From positions 338,792 to 402,791 of the forward strand of contig OY769938.1 of the NCBI GenBank assembly GCA_963669295.1: a DNA stretch of 64,000 nt. The letters run 5' to 3'. The DNA comes from Flavobacteriales bacterium (GTDB lineage Bacteria; Bacteroidota; Bacteroidia; Flavobacteriales_D; CALLUQ01). The notes beneath the pieces are model-generated. The model was not told where the DNA came from and did not search any database. It saw nothing but the letters and a program-made list of their open reading frames with translations. The position numbers were made by a program, and so were the translations under genes. Positions 1 to 9,515 of the stretch are shown piece by piece; position 1 is the stretch's first letter; every line of letters begins with the position of its first letter.

Positions 1-31
1 AATCATCGACACCATCTACGAAGGATTAAAA

Positions 32-943
32 ATGCCTTTAGAATATGTGATTTCTCCCAATAAGAGAATTTACTTTCTTTACTTATTTACTTCGGTGGTA
101 TTGGCCTTTTTCATCTACAATAAATCACACCGCAAAACTTCTTTTCTTCGCTATTTATTTAAGAAAAAGGTATGGCTTAGCAGATCGGCATTTATTGACT
201 ATTACCTATCATTTGTAAATGGATTGGTTAAAGTTGTTATGATTGCCCCTATCTTAATTATTGGCCCCTACCTTTCGTTCCACACCGAAAATTTTTTGAT
301 CGACACGATAGGAGATGGCACCATTATGCTTGCTGTTACTCCAACCATTGTATTGTATACACTTACCATTGTTATTGTAGGAGATTTTGCTTCATTCTTC
401 ACCCATTACCTGATGCATAAAGTGCCCTTCTTGTGGGAGTTTCATAAAACCCATCATTCTGCTACTGTATTGAACCCCGTCACTCAATATCGGATTCATC
501 CTGTTGAATTAATCATAAATAATGTACGAGGGCTGGTAGTATTTGGACTGGTTACTGGCACCTTCGAATACCTCTGTGGTGGTAAGGTAAGTATGGCAAC
601 CTTTCTTGGCATCAATGTATTGAACTTTGCCTTTCTGTTTTTTGGTGCTAACCTCAGGCATTCACATGTTCAATTAAAGTACTTCAATTTCCTGGAGTAT
701 ATCTTAATTAGTCCTTATCAACACCAAATTCATCACAGCAACAACCCCACTTTATTCAATAAGAACATGGGGGCAAAGTTTGCCATTTGGGATTGGATGT
801 TTGGTACCCTGGTTCGATCTGAATCGGTAACAGAATTAGAGTTTGGCTTAGGAAGTGAAGAAGACAAGAAGTATGACTCACTTTGGAAGAACCTCATCAA
901 CCCTTTTAAGAATATTTTCGCCAAACTCATTCCTAAAAAATAA
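32..943 (+). CDS. Fatty-acid hydroxylase / sterol desaturase family membrane protein
   Basis: 303-aa ORF with several hydrophobic segments. It has three histidine boxes (HYLMH, HKTHH, HQIHH) typical of the membrane di-iron fatty-acid hydroxylase superfamily. Confidence 0.75.
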   Translation: MPLEYVISPNKRIYFLYLFTSVVLAFFIYNKSHRKTSFLRYLFKKKVWLSRSAFIDYYLSFVNGLVKVVMIAPILIIGPYLSFHTENFLIDTIGDGTIMLAVTPTIVLYTLTIVIVGDFASFFTHYLMHKVPFLWEFHKTHHSATVLNPVTQYRIHPVELIINNVRGLVVFGLVTGTFEYLCGGKVSMATFLGINVLNFAFLFFGANLRHSHVQLKYFNFLEYILISPYQHQIHHSNNPTLFNKNMGAKFAIWDWMFGTLVRSESVTELEFGLGSEEDKKYDSLWKNLINPFKNIFAKLIPKK

Positions 944-1083
944 ATAACCACCTATTTACCAGCCACTTAACTACAACAAAAGGTGAAATACCATATTTAT
1001 GGTATTGCCTGAGTGAACCCCGTCATCTACATTTGTGATGTTATTTAAAATCAATCTAAATAAAAGGAGCGAAACAATAGGCA

Positions 1084-2286
1084 ATGAAATCAGGGGCACA
1101 GAGAATAACCGGACTCATACTATCTACTACTGTATTACTAGCTTTAGGCTGCAAAAAAGACAAGGTGGAACCCACTCCTATAGTACCAGGAAATGGGGGC
1201 ACCAGCTATACCATTCCTTCTACTTATGTGTTTACCGACGATAATAATAACAACACGGTAAGCTTTAGCGGGCAACAAATTCGATTGGAGATGTTGAGTG
1301 AAATGGTAACTTATATGAAAACTGCCAATACGGCGGGAACGGGTTTAAACGCCACTCAATTAAAAGACATGTATGCCAACAATGGCATTACATGGAACGA
1401 TGCTCCAGGTTTAGGATTAACTGGAACGACGAAACAACTGAAAAGCAAAACAGCTTATTTTACTGCCGACGGTTCTCCTGATGCTGGTGTTCAAGCCATG
1501 TTCGAAACCTTTATGGATTCTATTGCTAACTTGAGCAATGCTACTACTGTTGGTAATGAAGATGGTGCACCTGGTGTAGGAGGTGTTTGGCCAAACGATG
1601 GAGTAAAAGGGCCATACCTTATGTCGGGTAAGGGCATCGAATATGGTCAGTGGATTGAGAAAGGGCTAATGTGTGCTGTTTTCATGAGTCAAATGACGGT
1701 ACATTACCTTGGCACCGTAGACGACGATGACAATACCACCGCTGTTGACCCTGGTGCCGGAAAACATTACACTAGCATGGAACATCACTGGGATGAAGCC
1801 TATGGTTATTTCACCTCAGAAATTGATTATCCGGCTAATGGCACCAACCGCTTTTGGGGCAAGTACGCCAACAGTCGTGAAAGTGTTTTAGGCTCGGCCA
1901 CTACCATTGTTGAAGCTTTTAGGAAAGGAAGAGCGGCGATCTCAAACGACGATTACACCACACGTGATGCACAGATAACAATTATTAGAAGTGAAATGGA
2001 AAAAGTGTGTGCAGGTACTTCTATTCATTATTTAAACGATGCCAAGTCTAACATTGCCAGTAGCACGGCAAGAAACCATTTTCTTTCGGAAGCTACAGCT
2101 TTCTTGAATGGACTTCGATTTGGCTACAATGCTATTTCTGGTGATGGAATGACCATTGCTGAAATAGATACTGCTTTGACTATGATTGGTGAAGACTTTA
2201 ATAACATCACCATTACCGACTTGCAAAATGCAATCGATTATATTGCTTCTAAAACAGGATTAACTTCCGTAAAAGATATTTTGTAA
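1084..2286 (+). CDS. Secreted lipoprotein, DUF4856-like (imelysin-cluster partner)
   Basis: ATG start and a signal peptide ending in lipobox LLALGC. The gene sits directly upstream of an imelysin-like gene and a TonB-dependent receptor, the arrangement I remember for DUF4856 proteins in Bacteroidota. The family name is from memory, not from a search. Confidence 0.5.
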   Translation: MKSGAQRITGLILSTTVLLALGCKKDKVEPTPIVPGNGGTSYTIPSTYVFTDDNNNNTVSFSGQQIRLEMLSEMVTYMKTANTAGTGLNATQLKDMYANNGITWNDAPGLGLTGTTKQLKSKTAYFTADGSPDAGVQAMFETFMDSIANLSNATTVGNEDGAPGVGGVWPNDGVKGPYLMSGKGIEYGQWIEKGLMCAVFMSQMTVHYLGTVDDDDNTTAVDPGAGKHYTSMEHHWDEAYGYFTSEIDYPANGTNRFWGKYANSRESVLGSATTIVEAFRKGRAAISNDDYTTRDAQITIIRSEMEKVCAGTSIHYLNDAKSNIASSTARNHFLSEATAFLNGLRFGYNAISGDGMTIAEIDTALTMIGEDFNNITITDLQNAIDYIASKTGLTSVKDIL

Positions 2287-2315
2287 TCAACAATAAAAAG
2301 CAACATAGTACAAAT

Positions 2316-2348
2316 CACCAATTGCTTCTCAAGAGGAAGCAATTGGTG
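2316..2348 (+). terminator. Strong intergenic stem-loop between the DUF4856-like and imelysin-like genes
   Basis: Perfect 13-bp stem caccaattgcttc / gaagcaattggtg with a 7-nt loop. No clear T-tract follows, so it could be an attenuator or processing site rather than a full terminator. Confidence 0.4.
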
Positions 2349-2400
2349 TGTATATACCCGGGTATATTCATTCAAGAAACTTTGAACTTTTAACTTCGTT

Positions 2401-3558
2401 ATGATGCAAAGACAAGCGCTTCTATTTCGCCTTTTGGGATTGGCATTCATCATTGCCTTTGTGGTTTTCCAAAGCTGCAAAAAAGACGATAATAACAACC
2501 CCAACGACCCCTCGCAAGCTGTAGAAAGCTATGACCGGGCGGCGATGCTATCGAATTTAGCCAACAATTACATTATCCCGGCATACGCTGCATATACTAC
2601 AGCCACCGATCAGTTAAAAAATGAAGTTGCTACTTTTAATGCAAACCCTACAGTTGCATCATTACAATCGTTGAGATCTGCCTGGGAAAACGCTTTGCTT
2701 ACCTGGCAAGATGTGGCCTTTTTAGAATTTGGCCCTGCAACAAACATTAGCTTGAGAAGTCAAACCAATATTTATCCCACAGATCAAACATTAATTGAAA
2801 GCAATATTGTTTCAGGCAGCTATGACTTGCAATTGCCTTCCAACTTTGTAGCCAAAGGGTTTCAAGCCCTCGACTACCTGCTGAATGGTACTGGCATGAA
2901 CGACCAGGAGATTGTAGATTATTTCAGCATTGCCAGCAATGCGACAAACGCTAAAACTTATTTATTGGACGTAGCCAATGAACTACACACCAATGCTGCT
3001 TATGTTAGTAATGAGTGGAGCAATTACGCCTCCTCTTTTATTAATAACAGCAATAGCAATGCACAAGGCAGTTCTGTAAGTAACATTGTAAACGAATTAA
3101 CCTATCATTACGAAGCGTTTGTGAGGAAAGGAAAGATTGGTATTCCGGCAGGCGTATTTAACGGCTTTTCTCAGCAGCCTATGCCAGATCATGTAGAAGC
3201 ATTGTATTATCAACAATCACTGCCTTTTGCTGTACGGTCAATGCAAGCCATTTATAACTACTTCAATGGCATACATTATACCAATGCAACCGATGGCGAA
3301 GGATTAGCAGATTACCTGAATCATGTTGGAGCTACCAGCAGTGGCGATCCCTTAACTGCTACCATCAATGATCAAATTAATATTGTGATCTCGTACCTGA
3401 ACACCCTCAATGATCCGTTGAGCAATGAAGTTACCGGCAACACACAGGTAGTACTAAATACCTACCAACAAATGCAAATACTGGTGGCTTACTTCAAAGT
3501 AGATATGACTGCTGCACTAGGCGTATTAATAACCTACCAGGATAGCGACGGTGATTAA
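2401..3558 (+). CDS. Imelysin-like (Peptidase_M75 family) lipoprotein
   Basis: Signal peptide with lipobox VFQSC. The segment KGFQALDYLLNG resembles the family G-x-H-x-x-E region, but with H replaced by Q and E by D. It lies 9 bp upstream of a TonB-dependent receptor gene. Confidence 0.6.
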   Translation: MMQRQALLFRLLGLAFIIAFVVFQSCKKDDNNNPNDPSQAVESYDRAAMLSNLANNYIIPAYAAYTTATDQLKNEVATFNANPTVASLQSLRSAWENALLTWQDVAFLEFGPATNISLRSQTNIYPTDQTLIESNIVSGSYDLQLPSNFVAKGFQALDYLLNGTGMNDQEIVDYFSIASNATNAKTYLLDVANELHTNAAYVSNEWSNYASSFINNSNSNAQGSSVSNIVNELTYHYEAFVRKGKIGIPAGVFNGFSQQPMPDHVEALYYQQSLPFAVRSMQAIYNYFNGIHYTNATDGEGLADYLNHVGATSSGDPLTATINDQINIVISYLNTLNDPLSNEVTGNTQVVLNTYQQMQILVAYFKVDMTAALGVLITYQDSDGD

Positions 3559-3567
3559 CACGACTTG

Positions 3568-5979
3568 ATGCCCAAACTTATTTCCATACTGCTACTACTA
3601 CTTGCCAGCACTTCCTGGGCACAGAAAGGGATATTGCTGGGTAATGTCAGCTCTGAAAATAAGGAAGACATTGAATACTGCACCATCTATATTAAGGAAA
3701 CCAATACTACCTATACCACCAATAAAAAAGGCCATTTTAAAACCGGTCAACTACCGTATGGCACCTATTCACTACTTGTTCACTTTGTTGGATACGAATC
3801 GCGCGAACAAAAAGTAGTACTTAATCAACCGCAAGTTACCCTTAAGATACAACTTAAGCAGCGGGTGTTACAAGAAGTAGAAATAGAAGGCACCGTGAAC
3901 AAGAGTATGGGAAGCATGAAGCGTTTACGTGCTATTGATGGTGTATTGATTAGCCAGGGAAAAAAGAATGAAGTCATTCAACTGGAACAAGTTAATGCCA
4001 ATAAAGCAACCAACCAGGGGCGACAAATATACTCGCGTATTCCTGGACTAAACATTTGGGAAAGTGATGGTGCAGGCATTCAGCTAGGCATTGGAGGGCG
4101 TGGCCTTAACCCCAGTCGCACCGCCAATTTTAATACTCGACAAAATGGCTATGACATTAGTGCTGATGCATTGGGATATCCTGAAAGTTACTACACCCCT
4201 CCAGCAGAGGCTATAAAAGAAATTCAACTGATACGTGGTGCTGCTTCTTTACAATTTGGCACCCAGTTTGGTGGATTGCTTAACTTTATTTTGAACGAAG
4301 GCACCGAAGAAAAGCCTGTAGAAGTAGTAGGAAGGTATACGGTAGGATCGTTTGGCTTACGCAATGCTTTTGTTAGCATAGGAGGCACCAAAGACACGTG
4401 GAACTACTATGGCTATTTCCAACATAAAACAGGCGATGACTGGCGGCCCAATTCAAGCTTTGAAGTGTTTTCTGGTGGACTGAATTTAAAGAAACAGCTG
4501 ACTGAAAAAACCGATGTTCGCATAGAATACACCAAAATGCAATACCTTACCCAGCAGGCAGGTGGATTAACCGATTTACAGTTTTACCTCGACCCTGCTG
4601 TTTCGTTCCGCGACCGCAACTGGTTTGAAGTCGATTGGAACCTTGGAGCAGTAACAATAAACCATGAGTTAAATGCCCAAACAAAGATAAACTCCAGGTT
4701 TTTTGGACTGTTGGCTTCTCGCAAAGCACTGGGTTTCCTGGGACAAATTAACCGAATAGACCCGTTGGAAGAACGTGATTTAATTTCGGGTGAGTTCAAA
4801 AATTTCGGCAATGAAACCCGACTGTTGCATGTGTATCAAGTAAAAACAACGCCATGGGCCTTGCTATTGGGAGCACGTTATTATCAGGGGTATAACCTTA
4901 GCCAACAAGGATTGGCCGACTCTACCAACGATGCCCGATTTGAGTACTTGAATGAAACCAACTTAGAAGGTTCTTCTTACGAATTTCCCAGTAAAAACAT
5001 GGCTCTTTTTGGTGAACATATCTTTAACTTAAACGAGCACTTTAGCATTACTCCGGGAATACGTTACGAATACATTTCAACTCGTGCGCAAGGCTATTAC
5101 AACCATGTAATAACCGACCTGGCACAAAACGTAATTCTCGACACCAACATCAATGATTTGAGAAAAAATCAGCGCTCGTTTGTTATTGGAGGCATTGGGT
5201 TGAATTACAAGTTCAATGATACCCTGGAAGTATATGCCAATTTTTCACAAAACTATCGCAGCATTAACTTCACCGACATGCAAATTCAAAACCCCAACTT
5301 CCGAATTGACCCCAATTTGGAAGACGAGAAAGGGTATAATGTTGATTTTGGTATACGAGGGTTTATTGCCAACAAACTCAACTATGACATCTCTTTATTT
5401 GCATTGTTATACGACAATCGCATTGGCACTACCATCGAAAAAGATCCGGTATGGTTTAACACCTATCAATACCGTACCAATGTATCGGCTTCTTTAACCA
5501 AGGGGGTAGAGGCCATGGTAGAAGTTGATCTTTGGAAATGGATAACCAGCGATTCTTCTAAGTTTTCATTCCGTGTATTTGGCAATGCATCTTTTGTAGA
5601 TGCTCGCTACATCAACTCCGATGAACCTGCGTTTGAAAACAAAGAAGTAGAGTTAGTACCGCCCCTAAACTTCAAAACAGGTGCTACTATAGCCTACCAA
5701 CGTTTTTCAGTATCTTATCAATACGCTTTTACAGAGCGACACTATTCTGATGCTACCAATTCTGAACAAACTGCCAATGCGGTAAACGGCCTAATTCCCG
5801 CTTATAGTGTCATGGACTTATCATTAGCCTATGGCTATAAAATGGTAAAACTTGAAGCAGGGGTAAATAACCTTGGCGACAGTAGCTATTTTACCCGACG
5901 TGCTACTGGTTATCCCGGCCCGGGCATTATTCCTTCTCCTCCACGTAATTTTTACGTTGCGTTACAAATAAAAATATAA
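3568..5979 (+). CDS. TonB-dependent outer-membrane receptor with N-terminal carboxypeptidase-regulatory-like domain
   Basis: ATG at 3568 (the ORF track starts at a TTG 3 nt upstream) and signal peptide LLLLASTSWAQ. The N-terminal CarbopepD_reg-like segment (GYESREQKV) is followed by a plug region and a long beta-barrel with alternating aromatic-rich strands. About 800 aa. Confidence 0.85.
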   Translation: MPKLISILLLLLASTSWAQKGILLGNVSSENKEDIEYCTIYIKETNTTYTTNKKGHFKTGQLPYGTYSLLVHFVGYESREQKVVLNQPQVTLKIQLKQRVLQEVEIEGTVNKSMGSMKRLRAIDGVLISQGKKNEVIQLEQVNANKATNQGRQIYSRIPGLNIWESDGAGIQLGIGGRGLNPSRTANFNTRQNGYDISADALGYPESYYTPPAEAIKEIQLIRGAASLQFGTQFGGLLNFILNEGTEEKPVEVVGRYTVGSFGLRNAFVSIGGTKDTWNYYGYFQHKTGDDWRPNSSFEVFSGGLNLKKQLTEKTDVRIEYTKMQYLTQQAGGLTDLQFYLDPAVSFRDRNWFEVDWNLGAVTINHELNAQTKINSRFFGLLASRKALGFLGQINRIDPLEERDLISGEFKNFGNETRLLHVYQVKTTPWALLLGARYYQGYNLSQQGLADSTNDARFEYLNETNLEGSSYEFPSKNMALFGEHIFNLNEHFSITPGIRYEYISTRAQGYYNHVITDLAQNVILDTNINDLRKNQRSFVIGGIGLNYKFNDTLEVYANFSQNYRSINFTDMQIQNPNFRIDPNLEDEKGYNVDFGIRGFIANKLNYDISLFALLYDNRIGTTIEKDPVWFNTYQYRTNVSASLTKGVEAMVEVDLWKWITSDSSKFSFRVFGNASFVDARYINSDEPAFENKEVELVPPLNFKTGATIAYQRFSVSYQYAFTERHYSDATNSEQTANAVNGLIPAYSVMDLSLAYGYKMVKLEAGVNNLGDSSYFTRRATGYPGPGIIPSPPRNFYVALQIKI

Positions 5980-6001
5980 GGAGTATAAAAGCTCGCAGGT
6001 A

Positions 6002-6742
6002 TTACTCCTTCACTAGCTTTGTATTGCTTGCCACCCCATCCAAAACAGTGCTTACAAGATAAATGCCTGTTGACCAGTTTTCAACTGTTACGACCATGCG
6101 TTCATTGTTGCTGTAATTAGCTTCAAACACCAAACGGCCGGTAAGGTCGGTAATAACTACCTGACCATGTTGAAAAAAGCCCGGAGCAATTGTAACTTGA
6201 TGAGTCGCTGGATTGGGGTAAAGTTGTGGCTTGACCCGTTGTTGATTCATCACCGACAATGATGAAAAATTATACTGAAAGTCATCGATGTATACACGTG
6301 TTTGACCGTATACAGGATCTTGATCCACATAAAAACTTAAACTTGTTACTCCTGTCCAATTCATCGTATGGTAATGGTACAAATGATCGTCGTAATCGGA
6401 AGGGGTTAATGTATCGGTATACAATACATTGCCTTGATCATCATAGCCATACAACCATAATTGCCAGAGATCGAGTGTGTAATTAGTGGTGATCCACATT
6501 CCTGGAATATCTATGGGAGCATCGGCTTCCAACCTTCCAGGATACCAGCCATCAAATGCCAGGTGCCCCATTCCTGTATAAGGAAGCTCATCATCGATAT
6601 AAGTCGCCAAGCTATCGCGCACTACCCATTGATGCCCATTCTCCATCCATGCTGTAGTGCCTACAGGTTGTTCGAAAGTGAGTGGTTGCGCATAGCTGCT
6701 TAATGTGATGAATAGCAAGCACAAAAGCAAAAGGTGTTTCAT
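6002..6742 (-). CDS. Secreted protein with T9SS type-A C-terminal sorting domain, unknown N-terminal domain
   Basis: Signal peptide ending SSYAQ. The last ~75 aa (LYPNPATHQVTI...GIYLVSTVL...KLVKE) match the Por-secretion type-A CTD pattern. Confidence 0.75.
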   Translation of the reverse strand: MKHLLLLCLLFITLSSYAQPLTFEQPVGTTAWMENGHQWVVRDSLATYIDDELPYTGMGHLAFDGWYPGRLEADAPIDIPGMWITTNYTLDLWQLWLYGYDDQGNVLYTDTLTPSDYDDHLYHYHTMNWTGVTSLSFYVDQDPVYGQTRVYIDDFQYNFSSLSVMNQQRVKPQLYPNPATHQVTIAPGFFQHGQVVITDLTGRLVFEANYSNNERMVVTVENWSTGIYLVSTVLDGVASNTKLVKE

Positions 6743-6868
6743 CGCTACAAAGTAATCATTTTTAACGTATTTCCTTTAGTAGTATAGGGCTAAGCATAAA
6801 ATCGAACCATTTTTTGTAACTTTCGTATACGCAACGCTGCCTCACTACCATTTAAGCAGTTTGAAACC

Positions 6869-7444
6869 ATGAAAAGGTTCATCCTGGTCATATTGATTCT
6901 TGGTGTATTTTCTCAGTCGTTTAGTAGCGGCTCCACCAATATCGATCCATTGTTTTTTGCTACAAGACATTTGGGGTTTAACCTGATGCCTTCTGCCAAC
7001 ACATCGCTGGCATCGTTTGGTATTGTAACGGTTTACGAGGGTAAAATCTTAAAGGTGGAACAAATTACCTATCAAGATTTCGCCTTGCAAGCTTCAGGAC
7101 ACCGGGGTTCTATTGCCAACCCTGAACAAAAGAACCTGATTGCCGATTACGGCATCAACACTTGCGGGGTGTATCGAGATACGATAAATGATAAGTATGT
7201 GGTAAACTGCGACCCTATGTCTAACATTTGGAAACTGCGCTATAAAGAATTTCCCAACCGTGCTGAAGGTGCCAAAGAACCCGGCTGGTCGAAAAACAAA
7301 TTCATGCCTTCGGAGGGGCAACAGGTGATCTTGCAACGCTACGGTATTCGCAGCATCATTGATTTCTTTTGGGGCGACAATGCTTTTCGCCTGCTCAAAG
7401 ACATGGAAGACCCTACGTGGGTGAATACCTATAAGAGTTCGTAA
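6869..7444 (+). CDS. Hypothetical secreted protein
   Basis: 191-aa ORF with an N-terminal signal peptide (ILILGVFSQSFSS). No motif recognised. Confidence 0.45.
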   Translation: MKRFILVILILGVFSQSFSSGSTNIDPLFFATRHLGFNLMPSANTSLASFGIVTVYEGKILKVEQITYQDFALQASGHRGSIANPEQKNLIADYGINTCGVYRDTINDKYVVNCDPMSNIWKLRYKEFPNRAEGAKEPGWSKNKFMPSEGQQVILQRYGIRSIIDFFWGDNAFRLLKDMEDPTWVNTYKSS

Positions 7445-7483
7445 TTGCGTAGCAGGTATTTCTGCAATCCTTATCTTTAGTCC

Positions 7484-8491
7484 GTGAACTCCGTAAGAAA
7501 GTTTAAACTACAACGCCCTACACCACTCTCAGTAAAAGAGCATGTAGCGGGCATACTGAATGGCGATCGCACTATTTTAAGTCGTGCCATTACCATGGTA
7601 GAAAGTGCGAAAACGGAGCATCGTGCAATGGCCCAGGAAATTATCGAGCAATGCCTTCCTTATGCTGGCAATTCTATTCGAGTTGGCATTACTGGCGTGC
7701 CTGGTGTAGGAAAAAGCACCTTTATTGAGGCACTGGGCACCTACCTTACTGGCAAAGACAAGCAATTGGCCGTACTGGCCATCGACCCTACCAGCCAAAA
7801 AAGTGGGGGTAGCATTTTAGGTGACAAAACCCGTATGGAAGCCCTTGCTGCTGATGCCAATGCTTTCATTCGCCCCTCTCCTGCTTCCGACTCGTTGGGG
7901 GGTGTTGCGCGCAAAACACGCGAAACCATTGTATTGTGTGAAGCAGCAGGATTTGACACCATTTTTGTAGAAACCGTAGGTGTTGGCCAATCGGAAACGG
8001 CCGTTCACTCTATGGTAGACTTCTTTTTGTTGCTCATGTTAGCAGGTGCTGGTGATGAGCTGCAAGGCATCAAACGCGGTATCATGGAAATGGCTGACGC
8101 CATAGCCATTACCAAGGCCGATGGCGATAATGTAAAAGCATCCATCGCTGCTCGAAGAGAGTACAAACAAGCCCTTCACCTCTTCCCTCCTACTACCACC
8201 GGGTGGACTCCCCGTGTAGCCACCTGCTCCTCCCTTACCAATGAAGGCATTGACGAAGTATGGCAATTGGTGGAAGAACACAAATTATTGGTAAGCGGCA
8301 AAGGGTTCTTTGAACAAAAAAGGCAGGAGCAAGCACGTTACTGGATGTACGAAACCATTAACGAAACGCTCACTCGAAGGTTTTACGATGACCCTAAAGT
8401 AACCCACCAACTGCAAGCCATTGAAGCACAAGTAGTAGCCGGTACATTAAGCCCCTTTGCTGCAGCACAGCAGTTGTTGGCCTTGAGCTAA
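7484..8491 (+). CDS. meaB: Methylmalonyl-CoA mutase-associated G3E-family GTPase MeaB/ArgK
   Basis: GTG start. P-loop GVPGVGKST, DPTS, the ETVGVGQSE signature and a TKADG nucleotide-specificity motif. 335 aa. Confidence 0.85.
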   Translation: MNSVRKFKLQRPTPLSVKEHVAGILNGDRTILSRAITMVESAKTEHRAMAQEIIEQCLPYAGNSIRVGITGVPGVGKSTFIEALGTYLTGKDKQLAVLAIDPTSQKSGGSILGDKTRMEALAADANAFIRPSPASDSLGGVARKTRETIVLCEAAGFDTIFVETVGVGQSETAVHSMVDFFLLLMLAGAGDELQGIKRGIMEMADAIAITKADGDNVKASIAARREYKQALHLFPPTTTGWTPRVATCSSLTNEGIDEVWQLVEEHKLLVSGKGFFEQKRQEQARYWMYETINETLTRRFYDDPKVTHQLQAIEAQVVAGTLSPFAAAQQLLALS

Positions 8492-8612
8492 ACACAACAA
8501 TCACCTACACTACCCCCATCGTCTTCTTACTACCCTCACTTTTTACCCCCAATAAAGCATACTCCTCTCAATCTTAAAGGATGCAACACTTAAGGGAAAC
8601 AGGTGCAAACTT

Positions 8613-9025
8613 CAACATGTAGGGGTTGAATCTCCAGGAGATAAAGGTGCAACTTTCAACATCCAGGGGTTGGGTGGTACATGGAGTAAGCGTATAAGGT
8701 TCAACCCCTGGAGGTTGAACGGTGAAGGGGTGGAAGTTCAACCCAACATCTAAAGGGTCGACGTTCATGGGGTAACCCTACTAATTCCAACATATAGGGG
8801 TTGAATCTCCAGGAGATAAGGGTGCAACTTTCAACATCTAGAGGTTAAGCACGCAAGAGGCATCAGTGCAAGCTTCAACATCCAGGGGTTGGGTGGTACA
8901 TGGAGTAAGTGTATAAGGTTCAACCTCTGGAGGTTGAACAGTGAAGGGGTGGAAGTTCAACCCAACATCTAAAGGATCAACGCTCAAGGGGTAACCCTAC
9001 AAATTTCAACATCAAAGGGTTGGGG
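8613..9025. repeat. Composite head-to-tail tandem repeat built from ~40-bp quasi-palindromic sub-units
   Basis: Unit A is 8613-8787 (175 bp). Unit B is 8788-9006 (219 bp), which is unit A at about 92% identity (hand count) plus a 44-bp extra sub-unit at 8839-8882. A third unit starts at 9007. The sub-unit core is ttCAACAT-N4-5-GGGTTG. Embedded palindromes: atctccaggagat (8630-8642, 8805-8817) and gttcaacc-N6-ggttgaac (8699-8720, 8918-8939). Confidence 0.8.
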
Positions 9026-9073
9026 CATCAAGGGGGGAAAGTGTAAGCTACCACCCCCTGAAGGATAACTTTC

Positions 9074-9101
9074 AATAGGAAAACTCGTTGTTTTTCCTAT
9101 T
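9074..9101 (+). terminator. Stem-loop at the distal edge of the repeat region
   Basis: aataggaaaa / ttttcctatt form a 10-bp stem with an 8-nt loop. The downstream T-run is weak and its function is uncertain. Confidence 0.3.
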
Positions 9102-9128
9102 AAACCTTTATCTTTCAATAAAAACACC

Positions 9129-9515
9129 ATGAGCTGGGATATCTTCATTTCTAAAACGCCAGTAGATCAATTAGAGGCTGCTGAGTTTGAACCATTAGGC
9201 GATAACAAAGAGGTCATACAACTGATTGTTGATGTGGTTCCTACAACCAATTTTACTGACCCTACATGGGGAAACTATCGCGACGATGAATGCTCTATTG
9301 AGTTTAACATTGGAGACGACACCCCCGTACAACATATGATGTTGCATATTCGTGGAAGTGGCACACGACCTATTGCTATTATTAAAGCACTTTGTGAACG
9401 CATTAATGGTTATGCCATGGATGGCAGTACAGGTGAACAAATGAATTTCGATGAAGTAGATGAGCAATCGTTCAACGCATGGCAGGAATACCGAGACAAA
9501 ATCATCAACAAGTAA
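9129..9515 (+). CDS. Hypothetical acidic cytoplasmic protein
   Basis: 128-aa ORF with an ATG start, no signal peptide and no recognised motif. Confidence 0.45.
   Translation: MSWDIFISKTPVDQLEAAEFEPLGDNKEVIQLIVDVVPTTNFTDPTWGNYRDDECSIEFNIGDDTPVQHMMLHIRGSGTRPIAIIKALCERINGYAMDGSTGEQMNFDEVDEQSFNAWQEYRDKIINK

Noticed and set aside
8574-8768. 64-aa minus-strand ORF inside the tandem repeat region
   Set aside because: It covers only repeat unit A, and the equivalent frame is not kept open in unit B. The composition is repeat-driven (Pro/Val/Leu-rich with odd Cys), and the neighbouring frames are equally open by chance. It is treated as non-coding.
8603-9025. Possible CRISPR array
   Set aside because: The sub-repeats are degenerate, variable in spacing and partly inverted relative to one another. 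The supposed spacers are themselves duplicated between units A and B. No cas genes are nearby. The structure is a tandem duplication of a composite unit, not a repeat-spacer array.
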